From a virus: a stretch of 39,156 bases of DNA. The stretch is from IMG/VR virus record IMGVR_UViG_3300020215_000044; one strand, 5' to 3'. How positions within the stretch are numbered: position 1 is the stretch's first letter; every line of letters begins with the position of its first letter. The notes beneath the pieces were generated by a model that ran no database searches, was not told the DNA's origin, and saw only the letters and a program-made list of their open reading frames with translations. The position numbers and the translations under genes were made by a program. Below, in pieces: positions 8,133 through 17,275 of the stretch.

Positions 8133-8969
8133 CTACAGCGCCGCCGAATCCCGATCAAACTCGGCCTGCCACTTCAGCCGATCGAAGATGTCCTGCTGCG
8201 ACTTCCGCCACATGTCGTAGTCGGTCATAAATTCATTGAAGCCGCGCGTGTAGTTCTCGTCGTCGGTGGCATCCGCGAGGCCGTATGTGGCGAAGGCATT
8301 GCCGACGTTGGTGGTGTAGTCCTGGAATTTGTTATTCCGGTTGGTCTGGAAGGCGTTGTAGCGGTTGCCTTCGTTCAGCTCAAACTCACCGCGCCGTCGA
8401 CCGTAGAAGTCGCCGTACCCCTGTCCGGCAAAGCCCTGGTTGTAGGCGAGCAGATCCTTGAGCGTGCCGCCTGACCGCGCTAGCCCCTGCGCCGCCTTGC
8501 TGTTCATCAGGGCACGCTCGCCTTCTCGGCGTCGAAAGTCGTAGCCTGGATCGGACTCGATCATGTCCTGCCAGCTCGGTGCCGTGAACGTGCCCGGCGT
8601 GTACGCCTCGGACTGGAACGGCTCAAACGTCGGCAGCGCCGCCGCGCGTTCCGGTCTCACGAACGCGCCGGGATACTGCCCAAGCAGTGACGCCAAGGTT
8701 GGTGGCTCGCTGGGCGGTGGCGTCGGCGTCGGCGTTGGCTCCGGCGTCGGTGACGGGGTCGGCGCTGGACTCGGCACCGGCGCCGGTGCCGGATCGGCCA
8801 CATCGGTAGTGCCTGTAGGCGCTGCGGCTAATTCAGCCGGATCGATCCCGTAGTCGGGATCGCCCCACTGGCGTCCCCACGGGTCCGGCCCGTAATACCC
8901 CCCACCCGGATCCGTCTCCATCGTGCCGCCGATGGGGTCGCTGTAGTAGTCGTCGTAACGCAGGGCCAT
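8133..8969 (-). CDS. Virion protein with Pro/Thr-rich linker (278 aa)
   Basis: Starts MALRYDDYYSDPIGG, preceded by GAGGA. Contains PAPAPVPSPAPTPSPTPEPTPTPTPPPSEPP. Trimmed from the 492-aa ORF, whose N-terminal part overlaps gene 8977..9945 and is R/S-rich filler. Confidence 0.55.
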   Translation of the reverse strand: MALRYDDYYSDPIGGTMETDPGGGYYGPDPWGRQWGDPDYGIDPAELAAAPTGTTDVADPAPAPVPSPAPTPSPTPEPTPTPTPPPSEPPTLASLLGQYPGAFVRPERAAALPTFEPFQSEAYTPGTFTAPSWQDMIESDPGYDFRRREGERALMNSKAAQGLARSGGTLKDLLAYNQGFAGQGYGDFYGRRRGEFELNEGNRYNAFQTNRNNKFQDYTTNVGNAFATYGLADATDDENYTRGFNEFMTDYDMWRKSQQDIFDRLKWQAEFDRDSAAL

Positions 8970-8976
8970 CAGATCC

Positions 8977-9945
8977 TCACAACAGGGCGGCGAGCGACTT
9001 GCGATCGCGCCGCGGGATATTAAGGGGCGAGGCAAATACTTCCGGTTGTGGCGCAAGGAGGCTTGAGAGCGTGCGATAGCCTTGGCCGGCGTTGGCGCGG
9101 AACGGGGCGAGGCGCGAATCCCGTGCGTCCTCCCGCGACCACAGCCGACCGCGTTCCTCGAGGTATTGCGCCTGCTGCCGCTCGTCGCGTCGCCGCTCCT
9201 CGGCGAGGGCTTCGCGGAGATAGGCGAGCTGGTCGTCGGCCGCTTGACTGTTCGCGCGGTGCTGCATGTAGCCGCCGAGCAGTTGCCCACCCAGGCCGAT
9301 CGCTTCCCGGCCACCGGGCGTCCCCGCCCACTGGCGCACCGACGAGAAGAACCCCGGCGCACCGGACGCCCCCACGAGGCCCGGTGCCGCGCTGGTGCCC
9401 GCCATGGCCGCGCCCGCTTGGCCGAGCGGCATCGTGGCCAACGAGGACGACGGCAACACGCCAGCGCCGGTGCCAGCGGCGCCACCAGCCCCCGCCGCGC
9501 CGCCGAACGCGCCCAACGCGCCAGCCGTGCCCACCGCTCCCGCCGCGAGCAGCGGATAGCGGAAGTACGGATTGCTCCACGCCGTCGACAGGCCGTGGTC
9601 GGTGTTGACATTGCCCGCCGGGTCGATCTGGAATTTCGACGCGAGCTGCGGAAACTGCGCCCGCACGAACTGCTCGGCGCGCGAGCGCTGGTGGCCTGTT
9701 AGCCTGATCGGCCCGTTCGGATTGACGCCCAGCGACTGCAGGAACGCGCGGTACTGCGGATTCGCGCGGAGCTGGTCGTTGAAGCGGTCCATTCCGGCGT
9801 TGTTGCCAGATGGCAGCATTTCGTATCGCGGGCCGGAGCTGGTGGCGTCTCCACGTGGCACAACCGTTCCTTGGGGCAGACTGTTCATGCGCCGCCCGTA
9901 AATCAGCTCAAAGAGCCTCGGATCGGTAATTGGTTGCTGACTCAC
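8977..9945 (-). CDS. Internal virion protein with Gly/Ala-rich central region (322 aa, GTG start)
   Basis: AAGAVGTAGALGAFGGAAGAGGAAGTGAG tract flanked by ordinary sequence. GTGA overlap with the upstream gene. Confidence 0.55.
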   Translation of the reverse strand: MSQQPITDPRLFELIYGRRMNSLPQGTVVPRGDATSSGPRYEMLPSGNNAGMDRFNDQLRANPQYRAFLQSLGVNPNGPIRLTGHQRSRAEQFVRAQFPQLASKFQIDPAGNVNTDHGLSTAWSNPYFRYPLLAAGAVGTAGALGAFGGAAGAGGAAGTGAGVLPSSSLATMPLGQAGAAMAGTSAAPGLVGASGAPGFFSSVRQWAGTPGGREAIGLGGQLLGGYMQHRANSQAADDQLAYLREALAEERRRDERQQAQYLEERGRLWSREDARDSRLAPFRANAGQGYRTLSSLLAPQPEVFASPLNIPRRDRKSLAALL

Positions 9946-10442
9946 AGCGCCTCCACCCTGAGATCAAGCCGGTACTGCGCCGGCGTCGCACCGCTGGTGC
10001 TGAACGCCACCGCATAGGAGATCGGCTGCGCCGCATCGCTGCGCACCACAAACGTCGCCCCATGCACCGTCGCCGTCGTGTTCCCGGTCACCGCCGCCGC
10101 ACTCTGCGGGCAGCTCACGCCGCCATCTGTGGCGGTGATGGTCAGTTGCACCGAACTGGACACTGTCGCCGCCCGCGTAATGCGGAGATAGGCCGTCACT
10201 CGGTAGACGCCCGCCGCCAATGCGGGCATCGGGATCGGCGTGGTGGCGATCGCCGCGTCTTGGGCGATCAGCGTGACCGTTACTAGGAACTCCGGGCTGT
10301 CCTCGGCGCGTGTCTGCTGTTCGAGAAACCAGTCAACCAGCTCCTGTGAAAAGTACGGACTGCGCGTTTTCTGGCCGTTCCTGTCGACGGTCTCCGGCGA
10401 GACCGGCACGTCGTACGGGAAGGGCGAGGTATTGCGGGCCAT
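9942..10442 (-). CDS. Hypothetical structural protein (166 aa)
   Basis: Starts MARNTSPFPYD. Its ATG overlaps the stop of the gp10-like gene. Beta-rich T/A/V composition. Confidence 0.5.
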   Translation of the reverse strand: MARNTSPFPYDVPVSPETVDRNGQKTRSPYFSQELVDWFLEQQTRAEDSPEFLVTVTLIAQDAAIATTPIPMPALAAGVYRVTAYLRITRAATVSSSVQLTITATDGGVSCPQSAAAVTGNTTATVHGATFVVRSDAAQPISYAVAFSTSGATPAQYRLDLRVEAL

Positions 10443-11881
10443 CAGGCCGCCCCACGTCGGACATCCGCGAACAGGTCCAGTAGCCGCCAGGGGATCGGGT
10501 CGGTCATGGTGAACCGGGGCACCGGATTCATACCGCTCCCGCACTTATGCCAGGTGATCCGTGTGTCGTAGGCCCCGGCCACGCCAGCGGATCGGGACCG
10601 CTGGTTGCCCCACGTCTTGCCGCCGTTGCGTGACATCTGCAGCAGCACTTGCGGATCACTACCCTGTCCGCTGACCAACCCAAGGCCCGTCTCGGCCTTC
10701 AAGCGCAGCCGGTCGATGTAGATCCGTTTGTCCTCGTTCTCAAGTAACGGAGGAATCCGCACGCGCTGCAGCAGATCGCCGTCGGCGTCGGTAGCGACAC
10801 TAATCGTCTGTTCGTAGATTGAGCCGGTCTGCGCGTGTAGCACCAGATGCTTGCCAAAGACGAAGGCGTGATACTGCGGGCCGAACGCGCTGGTTTCGCC
10901 CGTCTCGGTATTGAGCGAGCCGCGTTCGTGCCACAAGCCCTCGGTACGGTCGTAGACCCACGTCGCATCCGCCGAGGGGAAATTCAGGACGTAAAACTCG
11001 TGCCCCTGATCCTGGTAGCTGTACGCCACGGCATCATCAATGCGCGAATACTGGCTCAGGGCGTATTCGACTGGCTCTGTGGACACGACGGTTGGCGCGT
11101 AGCCGAGCGCTTCCACAACCTGCCCGTTCCCAGCTTGGTTCTGTGTCAGCCACATAATCGCGGGGCCGACGGCCTTGAGCGAGAAGGGCGCCGCGATGCC
11201 GTAGGGAATCTGCACTCCGGTAATCGGCGCGAAGGGGAAGGGGGACGTGCCGGCGTTGTAGAGCACGTCGCCTGAATGCTCGCCCAGCAACCAGATGCGC
11301 GGATACTTCACGAGCAGCGCTTTCCACGGGTCCGGCGCCGTGGACCGCTGCAGGATCTGCGTCGGATCCCACGTCGTTCCGTCAAGCAGGTCGGAAATTT
11401 TGAACGTCGAGGACGCCACGTCGAGCGCGACGAAATAGCCGTCGATCATCCCGCCCATCGTGACGTTGCTGACCACGCTCGTCAGGGCGTTCGTGGACAG
11501 GTTCAGGACGTAGCCGGTATCGCCCGAGATAATGAACAGCTCATCGCCGCCGTCGCCGTTGGTCACCATCGTCGCCGGATACTGGTCGGTGGCCACCGTG
11601 CCGCGGTTTGTCTTGGTCCCGTCCGAAAAGAACTCGTAGACGGCCGCGCCGATGACCGCAAAGGCCCGCTCCGTGTGGCTCACCGTCTGCCCAAAGATGC
11701 CCCGGCCTGGCGATTCCGGCGCCGAGGTGAACGAGCGCAGCCCTGGCGTCGGATAGAGCGCGTATTCCGTGCCCTGTGGCGTCCGCACGCGCTGCGGATA
11801 GAGATTCAGGCAGCGCTCGGGCGACGCCAGCATGGACTGACTGCGCTGATACGTCGGGCCGCAGAAATGGGGCCAGCGCAT
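10442..11881 (-). CDS. P22 gp10-like packaged-DNA stabilisation / head-completion protein
   Basis: LNLYPQ...YALYPTPGLRSF...GRG... N-terminus and ...SRNGGKTWGNQRS...YDTRITWHKCG C-terminus resemble the phage stabilisation protein family (recalled as Pfam Phage_stabilise). Gene order fits. Confidence 0.65.
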   Translation of the reverse strand: MRWPHFCGPTYQRSQSMLASPERCLNLYPQRVRTPQGTEYALYPTPGLRSFTSAPESPGRGIFGQTVSHTERAFAVIGAAVYEFFSDGTKTNRGTVATDQYPATMVTNGDGGDELFIISGDTGYVLNLSTNALTSVVSNVTMGGMIDGYFVALDVASSTFKISDLLDGTTWDPTQILQRSTAPDPWKALLVKYPRIWLLGEHSGDVLYNAGTSPFPFAPITGVQIPYGIAAPFSLKAVGPAIMWLTQNQAGNGQVVEALGYAPTVVSTEPVEYALSQYSRIDDAVAYSYQDQGHEFYVLNFPSADATWVYDRTEGLWHERGSLNTETGETSAFGPQYHAFVFGKHLVLHAQTGSIYEQTISVATDADGDLLQRVRIPPLLENEDKRIYIDRLRLKAETGLGLVSGQGSDPQVLLQMSRNGGKTWGNQRSRSAGVAGAYDTRITWHKCGSGMNPVPRFTMTDPIPWRLLDLFADVRRGAA

Positions 11882-11883
11882 CG

Positions 11884-12621
11884 TCAGACGTTCCCGCTCA
11901 GAAAGCGTGCCCGCGACAGCGTGCCGCGCCGCGCCTGCACCGTGGGATCGATCACGACCGTGGACGAGCGGTAATTCGCCCGCTTGATGTCCCCGAGGGC
12001 ATCACTCGCCTTCCGGATCAGATCCGGTGGCGGGGTCGCAGTCGGATAGTGCGACACCAGCTCCAGCGCGAGGTTGTAACGAATGGCTCGCCGGTAGCCG
12101 GGCGGGAATGTGTAGTCGTTCGACAGGTTGGCGAACTCCGTCAGCGCCGTCGGCGCGTACAACACCAGTTGCGTCGTGCTGACGGTCGGAATGGGGAACA
12201 CGTAGACCCGGCCGAGGCCCGCGGACCAGTTATGGTCGTACCAGATGGCCGACGTCAGCGACGACGTGAGCGTTTTCATCGCCGTCTGCGCATAGGCGTC
12301 GTCCGACAGCACCTGGATCGCCACTTCGGTCGGTGTCGTGGCGGTGGTGTCGAGAATCAAGCCCGCGTTCTCGATCCACTGCGGGCGCACAATGTTGATG
12401 TCGCCCCCGCTCCCGATGGTGTAACTGGCCGTCCCGCTCGTCAGCGTTTTGGTCGTGCGCGTGACGACGTACATCGTGAGCCGCTGTGTCCCGAGCGCGT
12501 CGATCCAGTCATTGAGGACATCGAGGCCCACTTCCGCGTCCTCGGCCGACACGTCCTCCGTGGGGTCGATGACCCCGATCAGCACCAGCGCCTGCTTGAT
12601 GAAGTCGTTGGCGCTGGGCAT
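11884..12621 (-). CDS. Head-tail adaptor / tail accessory protein (gp4-like position)
   Basis: FIKQALVLIGVID...AEVGLDVLNDWIDALG N-terminal pattern is common in podovirus adaptor-type proteins. It precedes the gp10-like gene. Confidence 0.5.
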   Translation of the reverse strand: MPSANDFIKQALVLIGVIDPTEDVSAEDAEVGLDVLNDWIDALGTQRLTMYVVTRTTKTLTSGTASYTIGSGGDINIVRPQWIENAGLILDTTATTPTEVAIQVLSDDAYAQTAMKTLTSSLTSAIWYDHNWSAGLGRVYVFPIPTVSTTQLVLYAPTALTEFANLSNDYTFPPGYRRAIRYNLALELVSHYPTATPPPDLIRKASDALGDIKRANYRSSTVVIDPTVQARRGTLSRARFLSGNV

Positions 12622-12624
12622 CGG

Positions 12625-12966
12625 TTAGAACCGTCCCGCGGACACGGTGCCCTGTAGATAGACCTGGACCGTGCCCGACGTGGCCGTGGAGAAACGGGCG
12701 CGCACCGTCGTATACCCGGCGACGTTGGCGGTCCACGCACCATTCGCGGTCGACGTGCTCGCGGCAGTGGCGCTGTTGGATGGCACCATGTTTAGCGCAA
12801 CCCACGTCACCCCGTCGATCGTGGCCTCGAAGGTCACGGTGCCGACCCAAGTGCCCGTGAGCTGGATCCCAACGGCACCGTAGCCGCGCACGTCCAGACG
12901 GGCCGCTTCGTCGGCGGCATCCAAGAGCGTGGGGAAGTCTTTGGGGCGCGGGCCAGGAATGCTCAT
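12625..12966 (-). CDS. Hypothetical structural protein (113 aa)
   Basis: Starts MSIPGPRPKDFPTLLD with ATGA coupling. Beta-sandwich-like composition. Trimmed from ORF 12625..13296. Confidence 0.5.
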   Translation of the reverse strand: MSIPGPRPKDFPTLLDAADEAARLDVRGYGAVGIQLTGTWVGTVTFEATIDGVTWVALNMVPSNSATAASTSTANGAWTANVAGYTTVRARFSTATSGTVQVYLQGTVSAGRF

Positions 12967-13187
12967 CGGGATCCCTTCTTCTTCCGCGATTCGCGCGGCG
13001 GCTCTGAGGTGGTCTCCGGCAGGTCCACCATCTGCACGATCGCCGGCACCACCTCGCCATGCGGATGCGGATACCGTTGGCCAGCAAACGGCACGGGCGA
13101 GTCGTGCCAGTCGGGGCCGAGGCCCGACACATCCTCGAATACGCGCCCAGTGGGCGCCTCTACCGCGTGGTAGCGCACAATGGCCAT
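12963..13187 (-). CDS. Hypothetical small protein (74 aa)
   Basis: Starts MAIVRYHAVEAPTG with GGAG upstream. Overlaps the 3-prime end of the membrane protein gene by 28 nt. Trimmed from ORF 12963..13418. Confidence 0.4.
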   Translation of the reverse strand: MAIVRYHAVEAPTGRVFEDVSGLGPDWHDSPVPFAGQRYPHPHGEVVPAIVQMVDLPETTSEPPRESRKKKGSR

Positions 13188-14134
13188 GTCGTCTCCAGCG
13201 CACACAGTCGCGTAATCGCCGCGCCCAGGCCGAGACTGATCGGCCCCATCGCGGCATACAGGTGGTGTTCTTGCGGGCCGGTCCACGTCTGCACAATCAG
13301 ACGGGGCCCCAGTACGAACAGCACGACGCCGATCCCCCAGCGCACTGACGTCGACACACGGGGGTGCAGGAGCGTCACCAGCGCGCCTGTCAGCAGCCCC
13401 GCGCCGAGCACGCGCCAACCGTCGCGGAGCACCCAGGGATCCCGGTCAATCGTGAAGCCCTCGAGCGTGATCACCGAGGCGAGGATCGAGGCCACGGCGC
13501 CGAGTTGCAGCCAGGCGCCTGGGAGACCCGTGATCGGACTTCCGCCGCCCTGCGGATTCACCGTGGCCATCGCGTACAGCGCCGGCCACAGCGCGATCAC
13601 GCTCACGACCGCCACGAGGACGAGGCCGGACCACGACCGTCGCGAGAGGCCGTGTATGCACGCCCACGTCCACAGCGCGATCGGCGCGACCATCAACCCG
13701 ATCTCTTTGCTCCACGCGCCGATAACGACGCCGAGCACGGCCAGCCACACCGACCGGCGCCACGCGCCCACACAGGCGACGAGTAGGCCGAGCGTCACCA
13801 GCAAATCCGCCCGCCCGCTGACGTACGCCACCGCCTGGACGTTCACTGGATGCAGCGCGAACACGCCGGCCGCCACCAATCCCACCCACCCGCCGCCGAG
13901 CGAGGCGACAAGTGTGGTATTGGCGAGATGTAACAGGAGATTGCCGAGATGCGCCGTCTGCGGCGACACGAGCGACGGGCGCAGCGTCTCAAGGGCGAGT
14001 ACGCGCGTGGGTGGCACCCAATCGCGCGGCTGCGTCGCCGCCTGCCGCGTCTGCGCGTCCTCGTAGATAAACGGCGCTCCGCCGAGGGGCGCATAGAGGC
14101 CGGCTACGAGCGCGAGGAGTAGCGCAACTCTCAC
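13160..14134 (-). CDS. Polytopic membrane protein, GT-C / PMT_2 / TMTC(DUF1736)-like glycosyltransferase membrane domain
   Basis: FIYED...RP...AHLGNLLLHLANTTLV...GVFALHPVNVQAVAYVSGRADLL...WSKEIGL plus at least 8 hydrophobic segments. This is the pattern of bacterial TMTC-like/PMT-family membrane domains. Confidence 0.7.
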   Translation of the reverse strand: MRVALLLALVAGLYAPLGGAPFIYEDAQTRQAATQPRDWVPPTRVLALETLRPSLVSPQTAHLGNLLLHLANTTLVASLGGGWVGLVAAGVFALHPVNVQAVAYVSGRADLLVTLGLLVACVGAWRRSVWLAVLGVVIGAWSKEIGLMVAPIALWTWACIHGLSRRSWSGLVLVAVVSVIALWPALYAMATVNPQGGGSPITGLPGAWLQLGAVASILASVITLEGFTIDRDPWVLRDGWRVLGAGLLTGALVTLLHPRVSTSVRWGIGVVLFVLGPRLIVQTWTGPQEHHLYAAMGPISLGLGAAITRLCALETTWPLCATTR

Positions 14135-14427
14135 CGCGCCAGCTCCCGATTGCGGGCGACGGCGCGCGCTACGGCGATCCGCTCAAGCGGATGTCGATCC
14201 AGGCTCGCGCGTTCCCCCTGCGCGTAGTACCACTGCGCCAGATCCCGCCGGCCTGTCAGGTGATACTCCCGCCCGAGGTTCAACCACGGGCGGGGGGATG
14301 CTGGGGACACGGTGAGCGCCGCCTGCCAGAGCGCCCGCTCACTCGTCCACGTCTGCACACGGGTGCCCGTCTGGAACAGGCCAGTCGCCATCCAGATCAG
14401 GACACCCGCGCGCAGGAGGGTCCGCAT
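14131..14427 (-). CDS. Small TM + TPR-like fragment protein (98 aa)
   Basis: N-terminal TM (GVLIWMATGLF), then WTSERALWQAALTVSPASPRPWLNLGREYHLTGRRDLAQWYYAQG, which is TPR-like. ATGA overlap with the GT-C gene. Confidence 0.5.
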   Translation of the reverse strand: MRTLLRAGVLIWMATGLFQTGTRVQTWTSERALWQAALTVSPASPRPWLNLGREYHLTGRRDLAQWYYAQGERASLDRHPLERIAVARAVARNRELAR

Positions 14428-14435
14428 CGACGGCG

Positions 14436-14933
14436 TTAGAAGGCGCCGGGGATGCTGTTATAGGTGACTGGAGACGTCGTGGTCGCCGTCCAGGCGAGGC
14501 CGCTGCGTCCGTTTTCCGCCTCGCCGCCACACTGCCAGACCAGCCCGTTCAGCACATTGATCCGCGGCAGAAACACCGCCTGCCCCGAGCCGCGAGTACA
14601 GGTGGCGCCGTAGTCGGGATCGGTCGTCTGGAAATGGCCCGCGGCGCCAGTAATCACAGGCTCCGCGTTGGCGTGTGCCCGCGCGACGGTGCCGAGCTGG
14701 CCCCGCTGCACGGTGATGTTCGCGCCGCTCACCGAGACGATCCGCATCACCTCGTTGTCGACGTACACGAAATTCCCGGCGGTAAAGCCGGTGCCGCTCG
14801 CCAGGGTGATCGTGGTGGCGGTGGCGGTGATGGCCCCCGAGAGCGTGGTGCGGGTAGCGACGGTCTGCGCCGACGCGGGCAGGGCCGACACCAGCAACGC
14901 CAGGATGACCAGAATGAAGAACTGAATACGCAT
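14436..14933 (-). CDS. Secreted Thr/Ser/Ala-rich protein (165 aa, Sec signal peptide)
   Basis: MRIQFFILVILALLVSALPASA/Q signal peptide with a strong GAGGAGAGGAG SD. The mature part contains the FVYVDNEVMRIVSVSGANITVQRGQLGT motif. Start trimmed to the second ATG. Confidence 0.6.
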   Translation of the reverse strand: MRIQFFILVILALLVSALPASAQTVATRTTLSGAITATATTITLASGTGFTAGNFVYVDNEVMRIVSVSGANITVQRGQLGTVARAHANAEPVITGAAGHFQTTDPDYGATCTRGSGQAVFLPRINVLNGLVWQCGGEAENGRSGLAWTATTTSPVTYNSIPGAF

Positions 14934-14960
14934 TGTCTGTGCTCCTCTCCTCGTCACCAC

Positions 14961-16181
14961 TTAGGCGCCCGCGATGGCGACGGAATGCTCGCCCCGCTGC
15001 AGCAAGATGCCGTAGACGACGTCCGTGCGGCACTTCCACAGGTCGGTGTCGCCGTCGTACCACTCGATGTAGCGGACACCCACGCCGCTCTGCTCGTCGT
15101 ACTTCATCGCTGCCGAGTTGACGCCCTCCGGCCGATCCAGCGGCACGATCGCCACCGTCACGGCTTCCTTGTTCCACGCGATCCCCTGCGCGAAGGTCTG
15201 CGCCGAGGTACCGAACATGGTGAGCGCCGCGTTATCCGCCGGCAGCGCGTTCACATTCTGGTGGACGTTGCCGGGGCCAACGATCGACGGGCTGATGGAG
15301 ATCGTCATCGCGCCAGAGGAGTCGCTGACCGCAGCGGTGACGACGAACTGCTGCAACTCCGACAGCGTGGCCTTGGTGACCGGGTTCACCGCGTAGACGT
15401 TGGCGATGGTGAACCGCTGGCCCACGGTCAGGTTGGACGCGCCCGAGGACCAGCCATCGGTGATAAGCGACGATCCCGACTGGTTCGCGCCGTTGACGAG
15501 CGGCGTGCCGCCATACGTGCCGTTGGTATGCACGTAGACGTTCTGGTCCATCGACCAGTTGAAGCCGGCGATATACTCGCCGTCCATCTCCGCGTTGTCG
15601 TACTGGCTGCTGATCTTCGAGGCGCGGTTAAAGAACCCTTCACCGGCCGCGATGATGTCGCCTTCCATCTCCGCGTTGATGTGCAGGAAGCGCTGGCCGT
15701 TCCCACGCGGACACGCGAAGTTGGACAGCTTCACACCGGCATCGCGGTACGTGTTGTACGAGGTGGGCGAGGTGCCCGGGGTGCCGACCGCGTTGAACGT
15801 CGCCTTGCTGACGACCTCAAGGATGTCCTTATCGACCTCGTTGGCCAGCCGAATCATCGCCGGGCGGATGATCTGGTTGGCAATCGAGTTGAAGTCGAGC
15901 TTCCGTTCCTTCGAGGACATCGACCAGTCGATGCCTTTCTGGTAGTTCAGCACGAGCGTGTCGTACTGCTCGTCGACGTCTTGGCCGCTCCAGCCCTGGC
16001 CGGTGCGGACACTGAACTCTGCGGGCTTGCGGATGCGGATACTGTCGCCCTTCTGCGCGCCCTTCTGCCCGAAGAGCGGTTCCACCTTGCGGGAGCAGTG
16101 CTTCAGCGCCCGCAGGTTGTTCTCGAAGCAGTCAAGGGCTTCAAGGGTGACGTGATCAATCGTGTAAACGTTATTGGCCAT
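14961..16181 (-). CDS. Major capsid protein, P22-coat-protein family
   Basis: MANNVYT...LEAL..FENNL...GDSIRIRKPAEF...IIRPAMIRLANEVDKDIL matches the N-terminal signature of the P22 coat protein family. 406 aa, downstream of portal and scaffold. Confidence 0.85.
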   Translation of the reverse strand: MANNVYTIDHVTLEALDCFENNLRALKHCSRKVEPLFGQKGAQKGDSIRIRKPAEFSVRTGQGWSGQDVDEQYDTLVLNYQKGIDWSMSSKERKLDFNSIANQIIRPAMIRLANEVDKDILEVVSKATFNAVGTPGTSPTSYNTYRDAGVKLSNFACPRGNGQRFLHINAEMEGDIIAAGEGFFNRASKISSQYDNAEMDGEYIAGFNWSMDQNVYVHTNGTYGGTPLVNGANQSGSSLITDGWSSGASNLTVGQRFTIANVYAVNPVTKATLSELQQFVVTAAVSDSSGAMTISISPSIVGPGNVHQNVNALPADNAALTMFGTSAQTFAQGIAWNKEAVTVAIVPLDRPEGVNSAAMKYDEQSGVGVRYIEWYDGDTDLWKCRTDVVYGILLQRGEHSVAIAGA

Positions 16182-16204
16182 CGATGGCCCTCACAGACCC
16201 GCGA

Positions 16205-17275
16205 TCAGCCCGCCCGACGAAGCCCCTTCTTGAGTGCGCGATACTGCGCAAGGCTCGCCGTCTGCGGGTTGAAGCTGGTCGGAGTGCCGCTCGCCCCGAC
16301 TGGCGTCATGGGTGCGGGCGGCGGTGTCATGGGTGGTGCGGGCGGCGCCGCTGGCCGCTTGGCCAGAGCCACCACTCGCGCTTCCAAGGCCCCGATTGCC
16401 CGCAGGTGGGCGTCGAGCGACGGCGCACGAAACAGCGCCTCGACTTCCTGCGGGTGGTTCCCGAGGAAGTAGGCGACGTCGTGGCCATGCTCGGCCGTGA
16501 GCAGGTACTGCACGAGCGGCCGACTCCCGCGCCCAATGCGCCTCAGGGTGTCGTGCAACTCGTGATAGGCCGCGTCGAAATCCGGATACCGCTGTTTGAC
16601 GTCCGGCAGCTTGGCGTCCCACGCCGATTGCGCGGAGTCGATCTGAGCGGCGGTCTGGCGCGCGGACTCGACGCGGGTCCGCTGCGCCTCAAACTCACGA
16701 TGCGCCTGTCGCGCTTCCCAGCGAGCGACGGCGCGGGTATACGCACTGTACGGATCGGGCTGATCCGCGAACTGCTCGAGCGTCGGCTCGGGATCGCTCG
16801 GATCGTGCGCGGCAGGTGCCGGTGGCACCTGCGGGCGGGCCGACTCAGGGGCGGGTGGCGCCTGCTGCGTCACGCGCTGCTCCAGCGCGGCGAGGCGATG
16901 CGCGAGCGCCGCCCGATCTTCCAACGCGCGCTTCATCTGCCGGTGATCCCGGCGCCGCATGTCCAAGCGGATGCCGGTCTCCGGATCGCGCCAGCGGTGA
17001 TCTGGCCCCTGCTCGGGCGGCTTTACGGTCGCCGGCTCCGGATCGTCGGGCGGCTCCGGCGGAGCGCTGAGCGGATGCGCTGGCTCCGGCGTCGTCGCGA
17101 CTGTCGGCGGCGCTGCGGGCGTCGGATCCGCGACCGGGACGGGCGGTTCTTTCTTCTGTGCGCGATAGTCGCGCAGGGTCAGGGTCTCGGGTGACGGCGT
17201 GGACGGAACGGGCGCGGCAGGCGTCACGGCAGCCGGAGCCGCAGGAGCCGGTGCGCTAGTGGTCGGGTCGGTCAC
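16205..17275 (-). CDS. Scaffolding protein (Pro/Ala-rich termini, coiled-coil core)
   Basis: Lies between portal and coat. Helical, R/A/E/Q-rich core. Start ambiguous: GTG at 17275 (AGGGGA upstream) or TTG at 17293. Confidence 0.6.
   Translation of the reverse strand: MTDPTTSAPAPAAPAAVTPAAPVPSTPSPETLTLRDYRAQKKEPPVPVADPTPAAPPTVATTPEPAHPLSAPPEPPDDPEPATVKPPEQGPDHRWRDPETGIRLDMRRRDHRQMKRALEDRAALAHRLAALEQRVTQQAPPAPESARPQVPPAPAAHDPSDPEPTLEQFADQPDPYSAYTRAVARWEARQAHREFEAQRTRVESARQTAAQIDSAQSAWDAKLPDVKQRYPDFDAAYHELHDTLRRIGRGSRPLVQYLLTAEHGHDVAYFLGNHPQEVEALFRAPSLDAHLRAIGALEARVVALAKRPAAPPAPPMTPPPAPMTPVGASGTPTSFNPQTASLAQYRALKKGLRRAG

Noticed and set aside
8970-9611. N-terminal 214 aa of the 492-aa ORF 8133..9611
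   Set aside because: It overlaps gene 8977..9945 in another frame and is R/S/A/P-rich. A good GAGGA-ATG start at 8969 gives a sensible 278-aa protein.
11276-12657. Plus-strand ORFs 11276..11974 and 11776..12657 (232 and 293 aa)
   Set aside because: They are antisense to the gp10-like and adaptor-like structural genes. They are R/D/G/V/H-rich with no motifs.
13059-14066. 335-aa plus-strand ORF, with other overlapping ORFs at 13364..13786 and 13446..13889
   Set aside because: It is antisense or out of frame to the GT-C-like membrane protein gene, which has coherent TM segments and family motifs. The alternatives are P/R/S/T-rich filler.
14634-16472. 612-aa plus-strand ORF
   Set aside because: It is antisense to the P22-type coat and scaffold genes. 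The translation is R/G/D/A/V-rich filler with no motifs, a typical high-GC antisense artefact.
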